Shown here piece by piece: positions 24,392 to 35,475 of a stretch of 64,000 nucleotides of DNA. The stretch's first letter is position 1; each line of letters begins with the position of its first letter. This DNA is from Epiperipatus broadwayi (lineage: Eukaryota > Animalia > Onychophora), in NCBI GenBank assembly GCA_028023455.1, contig JAQFVV010000004.1, positions 23,746,001-23,810,000 on the forward strand. Reading direction: 5' to 3'. Both the position numbers and the translations under genes were made by a program. The notes beneath the pieces are model-generated. The model did not search any database. It saw only the letters and a list, made by a program, of their open reading frames with translations, and was not told the origin of the DNA.

Positions 24392-27300
24392 AACGAGATA
24401 AACACCCACATTCCCTGAGTAAATTTTTTTCCCACTGTTGATATATATTATATTAGACATGCAAATCCCTTATAGTTGATATTTATTAATGTGTGCTTTA
24501 TATCATATAAAATAATAGTGTAATTATTTAAATCTAAACCCCATAATGTTTTTCCAAGTCCCGTGAGTAATTTTACTCTTAATAAGGATTAATTGAATAT
24601 GTTTAAGACTTCCTTGAAAATGCAAAAATGTGTATATATGTTTTGTTTGACTCGGGCGTTTGAATATTAGTTAAAGATAGACAAACCATTAAACTTGCTG
24701 TAGTGCGTTGCGAGCTGATCATGAGTTATTACTGAACAATTGAAAGTCACGCTATCATAATGTTTATTATTTAAGAATTTAAAATCACGCTATAAATATG
24801 GCGTTGAATATCTAATGGTTATTCCAAATGAAGAGTTTGACAAAATATATGTTGTAAAAGTTTTTTTTTCTCTCTTGTCTTTTCCTCCGTGAAATAAGTT
24901 AGAGCTCGAGATGCAATACAGTGAGAATACTTCTGTATGATATAGCCTAGACAAATAGGTGACCTTACAATGTAATAAATATGCCCATAATTAAACAAAA
25001 GAAATTTTTTTTTTTTGCAAGACTAAATCTATATAACAGTCCGTATTTTATTTGAACTGATGACATGGCACCCTGGGATAGTCTCTATAAATGAAACTAT
25101 TTCTAAAACAAATTTTTGTTGTCGGTTTAAAAATTTTATTGATGTAAAGCTTAAATGTGTATATTATTTTGAGAATCAAAATGCGTTATAAATGTGTTAC
25201 CAGACAGTCAGACATGAAGGGATCGGGAGATAAACAATTGTCCTTAAAATAAATGATCGTAAAAATATTTTGTTTTATATATTTGTATATATGACTTATA
25301 TAGATGCACGTTTGTTTTAAATGAGGGAAAATAAGATAAATATGCCCGGATCTAGCGAACATTATATAGATAAGAGTAGGAGATTGGGAAAATTAGATTG
25401 AAGTAATAACAAAATAAGCAGCATATTAAATATATTTTTTTTTAGATATTAGCACTAAAATAAGAGTTAGTTTGCAGCAGATGGAAAACTTTATATGATA
25501 TAAATTTTATGACAACAAAAGTTAGTTAGGGCTTTGGTGATATAAGAAGCAGCAAATAGGCCAAAAGATCGGAAGGGAAATAGCCGATTAGCCATTAGTA
25601 TAGAAAAATAAAAAGTAAACCGCACAAAATCCTGAATCCAAATTAATATATTGTACCGAGACAAAGTCGGTACAGGTATATACGCACACACATGAGCAAT
25701 GTAAACACTCTATATTTTTTTCTCTTCTTTCACTTTCAACTTATGATAATAAAAATAAATGTAGTTTTCTTTCAATGCGTTATAAAATACACTGTAAAAT
25801 AAAATGTTAGTATTTCTGATTAAATAGTTAAGGCTTTCATACAATCTTCTATAATAATAATCTCTAAAAAGAAAGAAAAAGTAAAATATAAAATACTACT
25901 AATATGCCATTTTAAATCTCAATAAGTGATTTCTCCTTGTATGTGCCGTGGGGGTAATTAAAAGGGGTTTTGTTTTAGATTATAACTGTAGTGAAAGTTA
26001 AAAGCTTATAGAAGTGATTTTGAGACAGATTAAATGCTCGACTTTTAAACTAATGTAAGTTAAATTGTTCTCTTAAAACACGCACACATGTATGCATAAA
26101 AGGTGTGAATAAGTATGAATTTTTTCTAACTGAGATTGTAATATGAGATTGCACAAACCTAAGATTGCCTCAAGCATATGGATTGAGTGGACATTACGTA
26201 GGACACGGACCCCAACGACAACTCAAAGAATATTGAACTCTGGGTGGAGATTCGATCCTCAGATAATAACCAACCCATATAAATATGAATCTAAATCTAA
26301 AGAAAAGTCTTTTTACACCCCCTTTTTTTTTGTTTTCGCTTATGCTTATAGTTTTTTTTCTAGATTCCTCCGGAAGCTACAACTAGAACTTTTCTTTTTT
26401 TGCTATCCGGTTTATCCAACATGATCACTGTGAAATTAACATTTAGAGCGTCGATCGTCATGATGGGCTAGAAAACCCTTCAGTGATTGACCGACGCTCC
26501 GCCGCCAGAACATCTCCACAGCTATGAATGATCAACAACAATACCGTCCGAACATAGTGCTCCAATCAGTCTAAGGACGTTGTTCCGTTTAATATACAAG
26601 AATCGTCCAAACATACTACGCTGAACTTATGTGAAATGAATAACCATGTATTATGGAAACATCATCCATCAGGTTCGAACCTTCACCAAATTAGAAGCAG
26701 CAGAAGACTAAGCAAAATCCTAGGTAAACATTTTTTTATAATGCTTTCGTTCATTCTTTACGTAAACTTAAAAGGCAATCTCATAATTAATTAAATTCGA
26801 CCTTCGTAAAACACATATAAAATGATCCGTAATCTCTCATATATTAAATCTTATTATTTTAATCTCAACTTTCGTAAATAAAAATATCAGATGCTACATA
26901 GTCCATCATATTTAAATCTTCGGACTTTTCCAGTTATGAACTTTGATCCTAATTATTATTTTCTTTCGCAGATAAATTATAACACACACCTACCTTCAAA
27001 AATGTAAAAGAGGAAATATATTGTATCACCCATGTCTATTATGCATAATATGTTCTTTTCTGTGCGAGTGCGAGAATGCATGTATGTGCATGCAAATAAA
27101 GCTATTAATCAATATTTCATTTTTTTATAATCAATAAAATTTTTTTTATCTAAACTAGTCGAGCATTCCTCAAATCATTTTCTATAATTAAAATATATAT
27201 ATTTTTTTTGAGGTTATTATTAGTGTTGGCATTTATTCATGCAATTAATTATTTTACTTTTAAATTTGTCTTTCTTATATTTTTTTTTGTTTTTTTATCT

Positions 27301-27980
27301 CTTTTAAATTTCATTCATAAACATCGTGCCGTAAGTCACGATGTTTACTTATTATATAGTTAACATAGGTTTAAGAGTTGGGAGGGCCTATTATTAATAA
27401 AGATAAGTAAAATGTCAATAGAGCTAGTATAAATAATTCTATTGGATCGTATGATAAAAGGGGGATGATATTATAAGCGTCTAGTTGTTTATTCTAATGA
27501 TGCCTCAACCGAACATTCGTATTAGTTATAAATAACCAATGATCCCGTCCAATGCTTGGACCGATCTGTTAATCAACCGACCTTCTTATCCATTGGTTAA
27601 TATTGTGTCATTTGCCAGAATAATAGTCTTGAAGGCAATCACATCGCGACCCTGAATGACCCTTATTGGTCCATGCTGGGAGTTCGAGCTTATGGGCAGG
27701 GATTAGACTTCAAAATCATTTTGATATGACGTAAGGTGATGCGAGAAATTAAATTATGAATCAAATCATCATATCTGGCGCCCTCTTGTGTTGATAATGA
27801 ACAACTATTGATATAAGAAAAATAAATAAATCTTTACGCTGTATCATGTTTGTTTTGGAGTTCACAATCCCTTTTAGGGAGCCGGTGCAAGGGAAAAGCG
27901 ACCAACCGGTATAATATATTTTGTAGTAAGTAATTTAGAATTGAATTGTAGAAACCATCATCAGTAGAGACAAAACAAAG

Positions 27981-29503
27981 ATGGAAGACCATCAATACGA
28001 CCACGGACCAGATGTAAACTCAGCCGAAATTGTGGAATCTCCACCAGCAATAGTAAAGCCTGAACAGAAATCTGGAATCAGCAATTTTGAAATTGCGTAC
28101 ATAATAAACATGTGTAAGAAGAGTGAAGAACAAGCAAGGAGAAGGGAGGAGGAAGGACAAGGAAAGGACCAAGAACGCCAAAGATTTATGAAATATGCTT
28201 TAAAAGAAATACGAGATATAAAAAGGGAACAAGCAGCCCTTGCAATCCAGATAGGAACAGATGACACAGACCAAGATGCCAAGACCACCATCTGCAAAAG
28301 TGATGATTTCTCACCCACCCAGACCAGCAGCAATAGTACCATATATGCTGACATTAGCAATAGTCGCAAAATTATACCACTCGACATAGGTACTCAAACT
28401 CAACTACCCAAAATGATAACCATTAAAATCTTCTGCAGTGATATTGGAGAAAGTCCCCACCCGCATCTAAACAGTTTGAAGGGTTTTTTTACTTCTATAG
28501 AGCCAGCCCACATGAACAGATTACAATAGCCAGGCACCATTTACGTAGTTATGCAGAGGACTGGTGGACTATGTTAACGGCCAAACCCGATGACTTTACA
28601 GCCTACACCAAAATCCTTTTAAAGTATTGCTGGAGTGACGACTGGCAGAGTAAAATATTAAATGCAGTCAGCCAAGAACAATATGGGACCATAAAGGAAA
28701 CTCACACTCAATTCTTTATACGGCAGACCAATCGTTTGAAAACATTAAATGCATTCGCATTTTCTGATGCCCATATCATCGGCACCATCCAACAGAATAT
28801 GCCGATAGCCATCCAACAACTAATGATAGGGAGCAGAATTAGAAACGTGGAAGAGATGGCTGAATTCCTGACTACGTTGGAAGTCAACCAATGGAACCGA
28901 CACAAAAGAGACACCATAATCTTAAGGCAAGCAGCCAAAGACCCGCATGGTCAGCAGGTGCAAAATAAAATGAGAGATGGAAACCCCTCGGCCCATCCTC
29001 ATCATTCTCACCAGCTTATGGGAAGACCCCATCTAAGCAGTTGGAACCCGACCACAACGGTGATCCAAGAGGAAGACGCCCCATGGGGACTCCCCATTAG
29101 TCCATGTCCAGTAGTAAACATTAAACTAGAAGCTACTGAGGTGGCCGCTCTCATTGACACTGGTAGCCAAGTTTCCTGTATTTCAAAGAGATGGGTGTTA
29201 CACATGGAAAAATCTTGCAGTTGTCTACCCAGATTGCCATTTCATTCCATGCAGATGAAACTGGTAGACAGAAGGAAAACCAAAACAGAAAATTATCAGG
29301 TGTGGTTGGAGATAACTCTTGGACAAACAACGGTTGAACACGTATTTCTCATAATCAAAGGATTGATACATGATGTTATCATAGGAGCTGATTTCCTAAA
29401 CCAGCACAAGTGTATCCTTGACTGTGGTGAAAATGTAATCACATTCCGGCAGGAGAAAATAAGCATGAACAAAACCAAGAGTTTACCTGAAATCCAAGTC
29501 TGA
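27981..29503 (+). CDS. gag: Gag plus aspartic protease (frameshifted near 28470)
   Basis: N-terminal predicted coiled coil. A 1-nt loss in CTAAACAG shifts into FEGFF..HLRSYAEDWW (capsid-like). The same frame continues to VAALIDTGSQVSCIS and IIGADFL (protease), then TGA at 29501-29503. Confidence 0.88.
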
Positions 29504-29506
29504 TGC

Positions 29507-30459
29507 ATGGAAACTAGCATAAGTGAAGATCTTATTAAGAATAAAATCCAGGAATCGACTCTAGAAAAAATGAAAGAGCAACCCCAATTACACCGGCTTT
29601 TGATGGAAAATCAGCAGATATTCTCCCCAATCCCAGGAGAAATTAAAGATTATGTCCACCGGATCCGTGTCAAGGAAGAAATGCACTTTCAAACCTGCAC
29701 ATATCCCATCCCTTTTCAATATCAAGATGAAGTGAACATGCAAATCCAACAAATGATTGAGTGGGGTGTAATCGAAAAGGGAGCATCACCCTATAACAAC
29801 CCATTAGTGGTTATTCGAAAGAAAAATGGATCTATAAGACTATGTCTCGATGCAAGGAAACTCAATAGTATCACTATACCGGAAAGGGATATTCCCCCCC
29901 AGTGCAGGATATTTTCATGAGGCTTTCGAATAAAACTATCTTTTCCATGCTAGATTTGACTGCCAGCTATTGGCAGATGGTCCTACACCCCCAAGACAGG
30001 AAGTACACAGCATTTCGCCATAATGGACAGACACATGTCTTCAAGAGAGTGCCATTCGGACTAATTAATAGTGGTGCCGGGTTAATGAGGTGTCTAGACC
30101 AGGTGCTGTCAGAAGATTTAAAAAAAAAATTGGTCTGCTATATTGACGATGTCGTCATTGCATCCCGGAGCACTCAAGAACATCTGGAACATTTGAAGCA
30201 ATTCTTTACTGAATGTGCCCAAAAAAACATCACAGTAAACCTAGAAAAAAGCCATTTCACCCTGAGAGAAATTACCTTTCTGGGACATATCGTCAATGGG
30301 CAGGGAATTCGTACCCACCCTGATAAAGTAGAAGCCATAGAGAACTTTCCGAGGCCAGCAAATAGAAAACAAGTGAGATCATTTTTGGGCCTTTGCAACT
30401 ACTATCAAAGTTCTACCCAGGGTTTGCGGCGGACACCTCTTATTTATTGGAACTATTAA
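29507..30459 (+). CDS. pol: Reverse transcriptase (frameshift near 29915)
   Basis: YPIPF, SPYNNPLVVIRKKNGSIRLCLDARKLN, MLDLTASYWQ, VPFGLINS, YIDD, FLGHIV. Confidence 0.95.
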
Positions 30460-31091
30460 GGTTACACCATCGGTGGGAATGGAGCGTCCAGCATGAACAA
30501 GATTTTAAGAAGATCAAAAGGAATTTTCTCCAGACGGTGATGCTGTGCTATCCTGACTTTACCCGCCCATTTTACCTCCAAACCGACAGCAGCAAGAAAG
30601 ACTTGGGTGTTGTGCTATTCCAAATTGATAAAGAAGGCAAGCATCGTGTCCTATATTTTAGTAGTCGCACCTTGAGAGGTGCAGAAAAGAATTACACTGT
30701 TACTGAACAAGAAGCCTTAGCAATTGTATGGGCCTGTAGCAAGTTCAAACAGATTTTGTTGGGCTCAGAATTAATCATCATCACGGACCACCGGTGTTTG
30801 GAATTTCTAAATAAGAGCTATTTGACTAATGATCATCTTGTGCGATGGAGTTTATCATTACAGAAGTTTCACTATAAGATCCTTTACTGCCCAGGGTCAG
30901 AGAATGTGGTAGCTGATGTATTGAGTCGCCACCCTGTAGAAGTTGAACCATGCAACCTACTGATAGAGGAGCAACCACTTATAATCATGGCTAACGTATT
31001 GGATCAGGACATTGAGCAGAAATTGAAAAACCTACAGTATTGGCAGGGAAAACAGCCCCAATACCACAACATAATGCAAGAGGTGGAATGA
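30393..31091 (+). CDS. pol: RT connection / RNase H (frameshift near 30420, TGA at end)
   Basis: FYLQTDSS, YTVTEQEALAIVW, ITDHR, NVVADVLSR. Confidence 0.95.
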   Translation: MQLLSKFYPGFAADTSYLLELLRLHHRWEWSVQHEQDFKKIKRNFLQTVMLCYPDFTRPFYLQTDSSKKDLGVVLFQIDKEGKHRVLYFSSRTLRGAEKNYTVTEQEALAIVWACSKFKQILLGSELIIITDHRCLEFLNKSYLTNDHLVRWSLSLQKFHYKILYCPGSENVVADVLSRHPVEVEPCNLLIEEQPLIIMANVLDQDIEQKLKNLQYWQGKQPQYHNIMQEVE

Positions 31092-31118
31092 CAAGGGAAC
31101 CCCCTTCAAGGCTGTACT

Positions 31119-32249
31119 ATGGGCAGAGGAACCAAGAAATACAAAATACAGAATGGACTCTTGCTACAGAATACTGAAAAGGGCGATCGATCCTGGAAAA
31201 TTCTCATACCGCCCGAATTGAGGGATCCCTTGATAAATTACATACATAGATTGGTGGGACATTACGGTCTGAGGAAAACCGAAAAAGCCCTGAGACGGCA
31301 ATTTCATTGGCCGCAGATGTATTATGATATCCTCCAAAAGTGTACTATTTGTGCGAGAAGCAAGCCTGCCAATAAAAATTTTAGTGGTGCTCCTGCCACC
31401 ATCATCCCAACAGGACCTAACAAGATATTAGCCGTCGATCATTACGGGCCATTACCATCGTATCGGAAGTATAGATATCTTTTTGTCACTTATGACGTTT
31501 TTTCCAAATATGCTTGGGCGTACCCAGTCATAAGGGCAGATTCGAAAAGTGCCATTAGGGCATTACAGCAAAAACAGTTTGTAACCATTGGAAAGCCTGA
31601 AGTCATCCTATCCGACCATGGCTCAGCATTTACCTCCCAAGTATGGCAGCACTGGATCAACGGGCAAGGCCTCAAACATGTCATGACATCCACTCGAAAC
31701 CCCCAATCAAACCTTTGTGAGAGGGTCATGAGGGAAATCAACCGGCTTTTCCGGACTTATATCCATAATGACCACCGGGGATGGGTGAAACAGACTGTGA
31801 GCATTTTTCAATACATCAACGGAACTATAAACGAAGCGACTGGATTAACGCCAATCCGCCTCCATTTTGGTAAACCAGAACCGCCACTAATCAAAATACC
31901 CTTACCAATAGATGACCCGAAAGTCAACACTGAGGATGACCAACGGGCAGTACGCCATCGTTTACAAGCCCGAGAGAAAAGAAGACAGTTAAAGGAGATT
32001 GGGTCGTACCAATTCCAAGTTGGGGATCAAGTTTGGGTGAGACTTCCAAAGCCCAGCAACCGAGATCTAGGGAAATACAAAAAAATTTTCCCACTATATC
32101 AGGGGCCATATGTAATAAAAGAAGCAAACAGACCAAATGCATATTTACTGAAAGATCAAGGAATTATCAAGGGAACGTACAATGCCAGAAGTTTGAAACC
32201 TGTTTATAACCGAGCCAATCATCACCCAACAGACCCAGGAGCATATTAA
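31119..32249 (+). CDS. pol: Integrase (HHCC, DDE, GPY)
   Basis: IHRLVGHYG..CTIC, AVDHYG, SDHGSAF, CERVMREI, YQGPYVI. In frame with the RNase H ORF across a TGA. Confidence 0.95.
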   Translation: MGRGTKKYKIQNGLLLQNTEKGDRSWKILIPPELRDPLINYIHRLVGHYGLRKTEKALRRQFHWPQMYYDILQKCTICARSKPANKNFSGAPATIIPTGPNKILAVDHYGPLPSYRKYRYLFVTYDVFSKYAWAYPVIRADSKSAIRALQQKQFVTIGKPEVILSDHGSAFTSQVWQHWINGQGLKHVMTSTRNPQSNLCERVMREINRLFRTYIHNDHRGWVKQTVSIFQYINGTINEATGLTPIRLHFGKPEPPLIKIPLPIDDPKVNTEDDQRAVRHRLQAREKRRQLKEIGSYQFQVGDQVWVRLPKPSNRDLGKYKKIFPLYQGPYVIKEANRPNAYLLKDQGIIKGTYNARSLKPVYNRANHHPTDPGAY

Positions 32250-32642
32250 ATGAAGAAACTCATGGACATGGACCTGAATTCGGATGTGACAAAGACAACA
32301 ATGTTTTTTTTTTCTCTCTGTAAGATTTAGAAGTTAGGTAGTTTCAATGTTATCCGTGCGTAAGTTAGTGATTAGTTTACCAAAATATTCGTTAGAGTTA
32401 AAACCCTAGTAAAAAAAAAAAAAAAAAAAGATTGATCCGGGTATATATCTGTATATAATTGTATCTTTGAATTTATCCCCTCATTTAAAAAAGGAAGGAA
32501 AAACAAAGATGTATTGTTACCTTATATTTTTTTAGATTTCTGTTGGGCTGACTTGGCTAGTCAATATTATTTGTTTGTCAAAGAGATTCCTCGGTAGACC
32601 TTTATGTAAGACCTTTTTTTTTAAAATTTTTTTTTCGTAACT

Positions 32643-32649
32643 AAGGGAA
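32643..32649 (+). promoter_or_regulatory. Short polypurine tract
   Basis: AAGGGAA abuts the TGT start of the 3' LTR. Confidence 0.6.
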
Positions 32650-35475
32650 TGTGAAACAGGAAGACTGCTCTGCAAGTCTTCGTTTCACCTTTCTCTTACA
32701 TTTCACCTACCCTTATACCTAAATTCGAATCCCAAATCGTTTGCAGTGTGTCTGTACAGCCATTTATATACTAAAATCCCACCTAAAATAAACCACGTAG
32801 GCATTATTACTCGTGGAGTCCAATTTTCAACCCTTTATTTTTATTGATATATAAATGTCGAGTATGTGCATGTTTACATATTCATTTAAAAGGTTATATA
32901 GGTAAAACTACACACAGACTATGATGATAACTGTTAAATATTAATATCAATCATTGGAATTATATTATTGGATTGTGGTTGTTGAGTTCATTTATTTTAA
33001 AAATATTGTGTTGCAATATTTATTTTCTATTGTAGGTAAAATAATAATTATTAAAAGTAGTTTATAAACGAATTCATGCAATTGCAATCTAAATGTGAAA
33101 TAATTTAATATTTTTCTAAAATTGTAGAGTTCCCGCCATTGAAGATTATATAAATATAAAATAAGGCTAGGTTGAGAATATAATAGATTTAAAGTAAAAC
33201 ATTTTGGATTATAAATTCACACTTCATATGTCTACTTAGGAATTTCCAATTAGCCATGCAAGCAAGTAGTTGGTTGCAGACGGTTGTGGGTTGACACATG
33301 GAAAAAAAAAAAAGTCTTCAACAGAATGAAATAAATGTTTTAATCTTCTTTCAATCTGAGCATTTACTGGAATTTATAATTGTAAACTAAAAAAAAACCT
33401 TAAAATGGATTCCTTCTGATGTTCAGATAAGAAATAACTAATTGATAAGAATGCAAAAGGTTAAAGGTTTGTCATGCCCCAAGGCAGGTTCTTTTATAAG
33501 ATAAACAGTATATATTGAATGTTTTTCTTTTGTTTTGAAGAGAGGGAGGAAACAAAAGCTGATTCGGATTCTGATGCTGTTTTTCTGCTGTTTGATTTTG
33601 CATTTTGATTTTATTTTCTGAGGTTATAATTTTTTTTTATTCTGAGAACTCGGACGGTCTGAACTATTATTTTCGGAATGCTGATCCTGATGTTTTGCTG
33701 ACCGACCATCTGTGACTTAAATAATCCACTTTCAAGAAAATGTACAAAATGCTGACCTATCATAGAACCGCCAATATGACTGAGTAGAGTCGGCACCGTG
33801 GCTATTTTCCTTTCGGAAATAGCTGGCCGCTGCCGATGTACCATCTGACGCATCACCAATATGCCTTAAGGAACCGCCTATGCTGCTGCAAACAGAGACT
33901 GAATTAACATGCTGCCTAAATCTGATCCACTCCTGAAATGTGCTCCAGCTTCAACCATCCAAGCAACTGAAAGGTAATAAAATTAACCCAAGAGCTCTTG
34001 TGATCTAAAACCCGCTATAGCAAAACAAACTCCTTTTTTTTTTCTCGCCACACTTATTATCATGTATGTTTTAAAATGTATATTTAAATTTATTGCTTGA
34101 TCTAAACCTTGGGTTAATATCAAATTTAAATTGTTTTATTTGCATATTTTATGGGCTTGCATAGCATCGACCGAGCGAAGCAAATCTTAATTAATGATAC
34201 TCCCCATTCCTTTACGTTCATGAGTCCCTCCCTTAAATGAGATTTAGTAAGCCGCTCGTTCGATGACTATATTATTTTTTTTATAATACCTAGATTTGAT
34301 TCATAATCTTCCAGGATGTATGCGAGGTATGGGAATAACTATTGGCAGATGTGGGAGTGCGTGGGTTGATTACATTTTACTTAAATTCTCGCGCTCACAC
34401 CGTCCTTTTAATGTTAAACCCCATTATTTGTTTTAAGTATTTCTATTGTCATTCTGAGTTTGGGAGAGTGTAGAAGCTTTTCATCAAGGCAGTGAATTGC
34501 TTATGTGCCCAATCTTTTGTTATGTCCTCCTTTTTTTTTAATCGATTATATATATATTTTAGTGTTGCTGGCAAGGGTATTCGATGTTGAGATCACTTTG
34601 TTCTTTAAAAGGGCTTTAAACGGCCAAGTCCATTTCCCCTTTACTTCTTCCTGCGGTTTCCAGTCAATGTGTGTACCAGAGCGTCACACCTGGGGATGCT
34701 GACGCAGTTCTTCGCAGCCATATGCTAGCATACTCCGATCTTTAGGGCTACTGCCGAGACCAATGTGGGGTGCAACATATGCGTCTGATTTTATGATTTA
34801 TTTCTTTATTGTCATCACAAAGTTCCTGTAGTTTAAATGGACTACCACCCTCCATCGTTTCCTAAACCTTGCGAATACCACTGAATCCCTTTTTAAGTAC
34901 TTTAAGATAATATCATACTCACACATATATTTCCGCACTAAGCAAGTCGCTGCTGCCAAGCTCATTGGAGCCACTCTGCATTTATTCTGAAGTCAGCCTT
35001 TATCGTAAAACTATTTAATATCTTTTATTATAAATAATTCCAGTACTCTTATTCTTGGGCTTCGCATGTATTCAAGGTTTAGTAAGGCACATTCGTAAGC
35101 AATAATTGACCCAGGTTATAGATTAACGAGTAAAATGATTTAATCAATTCTTTACGTTAGTGTTTATTTTCTGATTCATCTCATTGTCTCGTATTGTCTG
35201 GGTTATACACGTATCTATTAAGACTTTCCAAACACTAGCTGTTAATTTATTTATAAATCTCACGTAGTCTCTTCTCTCTCTCTGACCACCACAGCCTGAA
35301 AAGATGTTGCTATTGTGATGGCGGGTTCGGGCTCCATCGTATTTGGTTGCGCAGTCGATCTGCTATATTCAAATCCGGTATGACAGGCCCTGAACCCACT
35401 TGTGGTGCTGCTTTTCGAGTGTGGTGGAGAAACTGTGCAACTTGTTTATGAAATGTGCGAATTCTGACCGTTACA
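32650..35475 (+). repeat. 3' LTR (2826 bp)
   Basis: Direct repeat of 21584-24352 with ~55 extra nt at 33255-33310. Confidence 0.95.

Larger units (their letters stand above)
21584..35475 (+). mobile_element. Full-length inactivated Ty3/Gypsy LTR retrotransposon (Osvaldo/Ulysses-like traits)
   Basis: TG...CA LTR pair, tRNA-Lys PBS, domain order gag-PR-RT-RH-INT, RT motif RLCLDARKLN and integrase GPY motif. Clade assignment is inference from these traits. Confidence 0.95.

Noticed and set aside
25055-25105. CTGATGA...GAAAC in the Gypsy leader as a hammerhead (retrozyme)
   Set aside because: Stem II cannot close in register and stems I and III are absent.
27776-27783. Second PBS (TGGCGCCC) ending an internal 3.3-kb LTR (24436-27771)
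   Set aside because: Only 8 nt match a tRNA end, there is no second copy of the region and no TSD. A minus-strand CTCF-like motif explains it better.
27992-28387. 131-aa antisense ORF over gag (also the antisense ORFs at 28708, 29008, 29296, 30174, 31490, 31924)
   Set aside because: Shadow frames of the coding strand with no recognisable motifs.
32250-32649. env-like third ORF
   Set aside because: Only 400 nt of non-coding, homopolymer-rich sequence lie between integrase and the 3' LTR.
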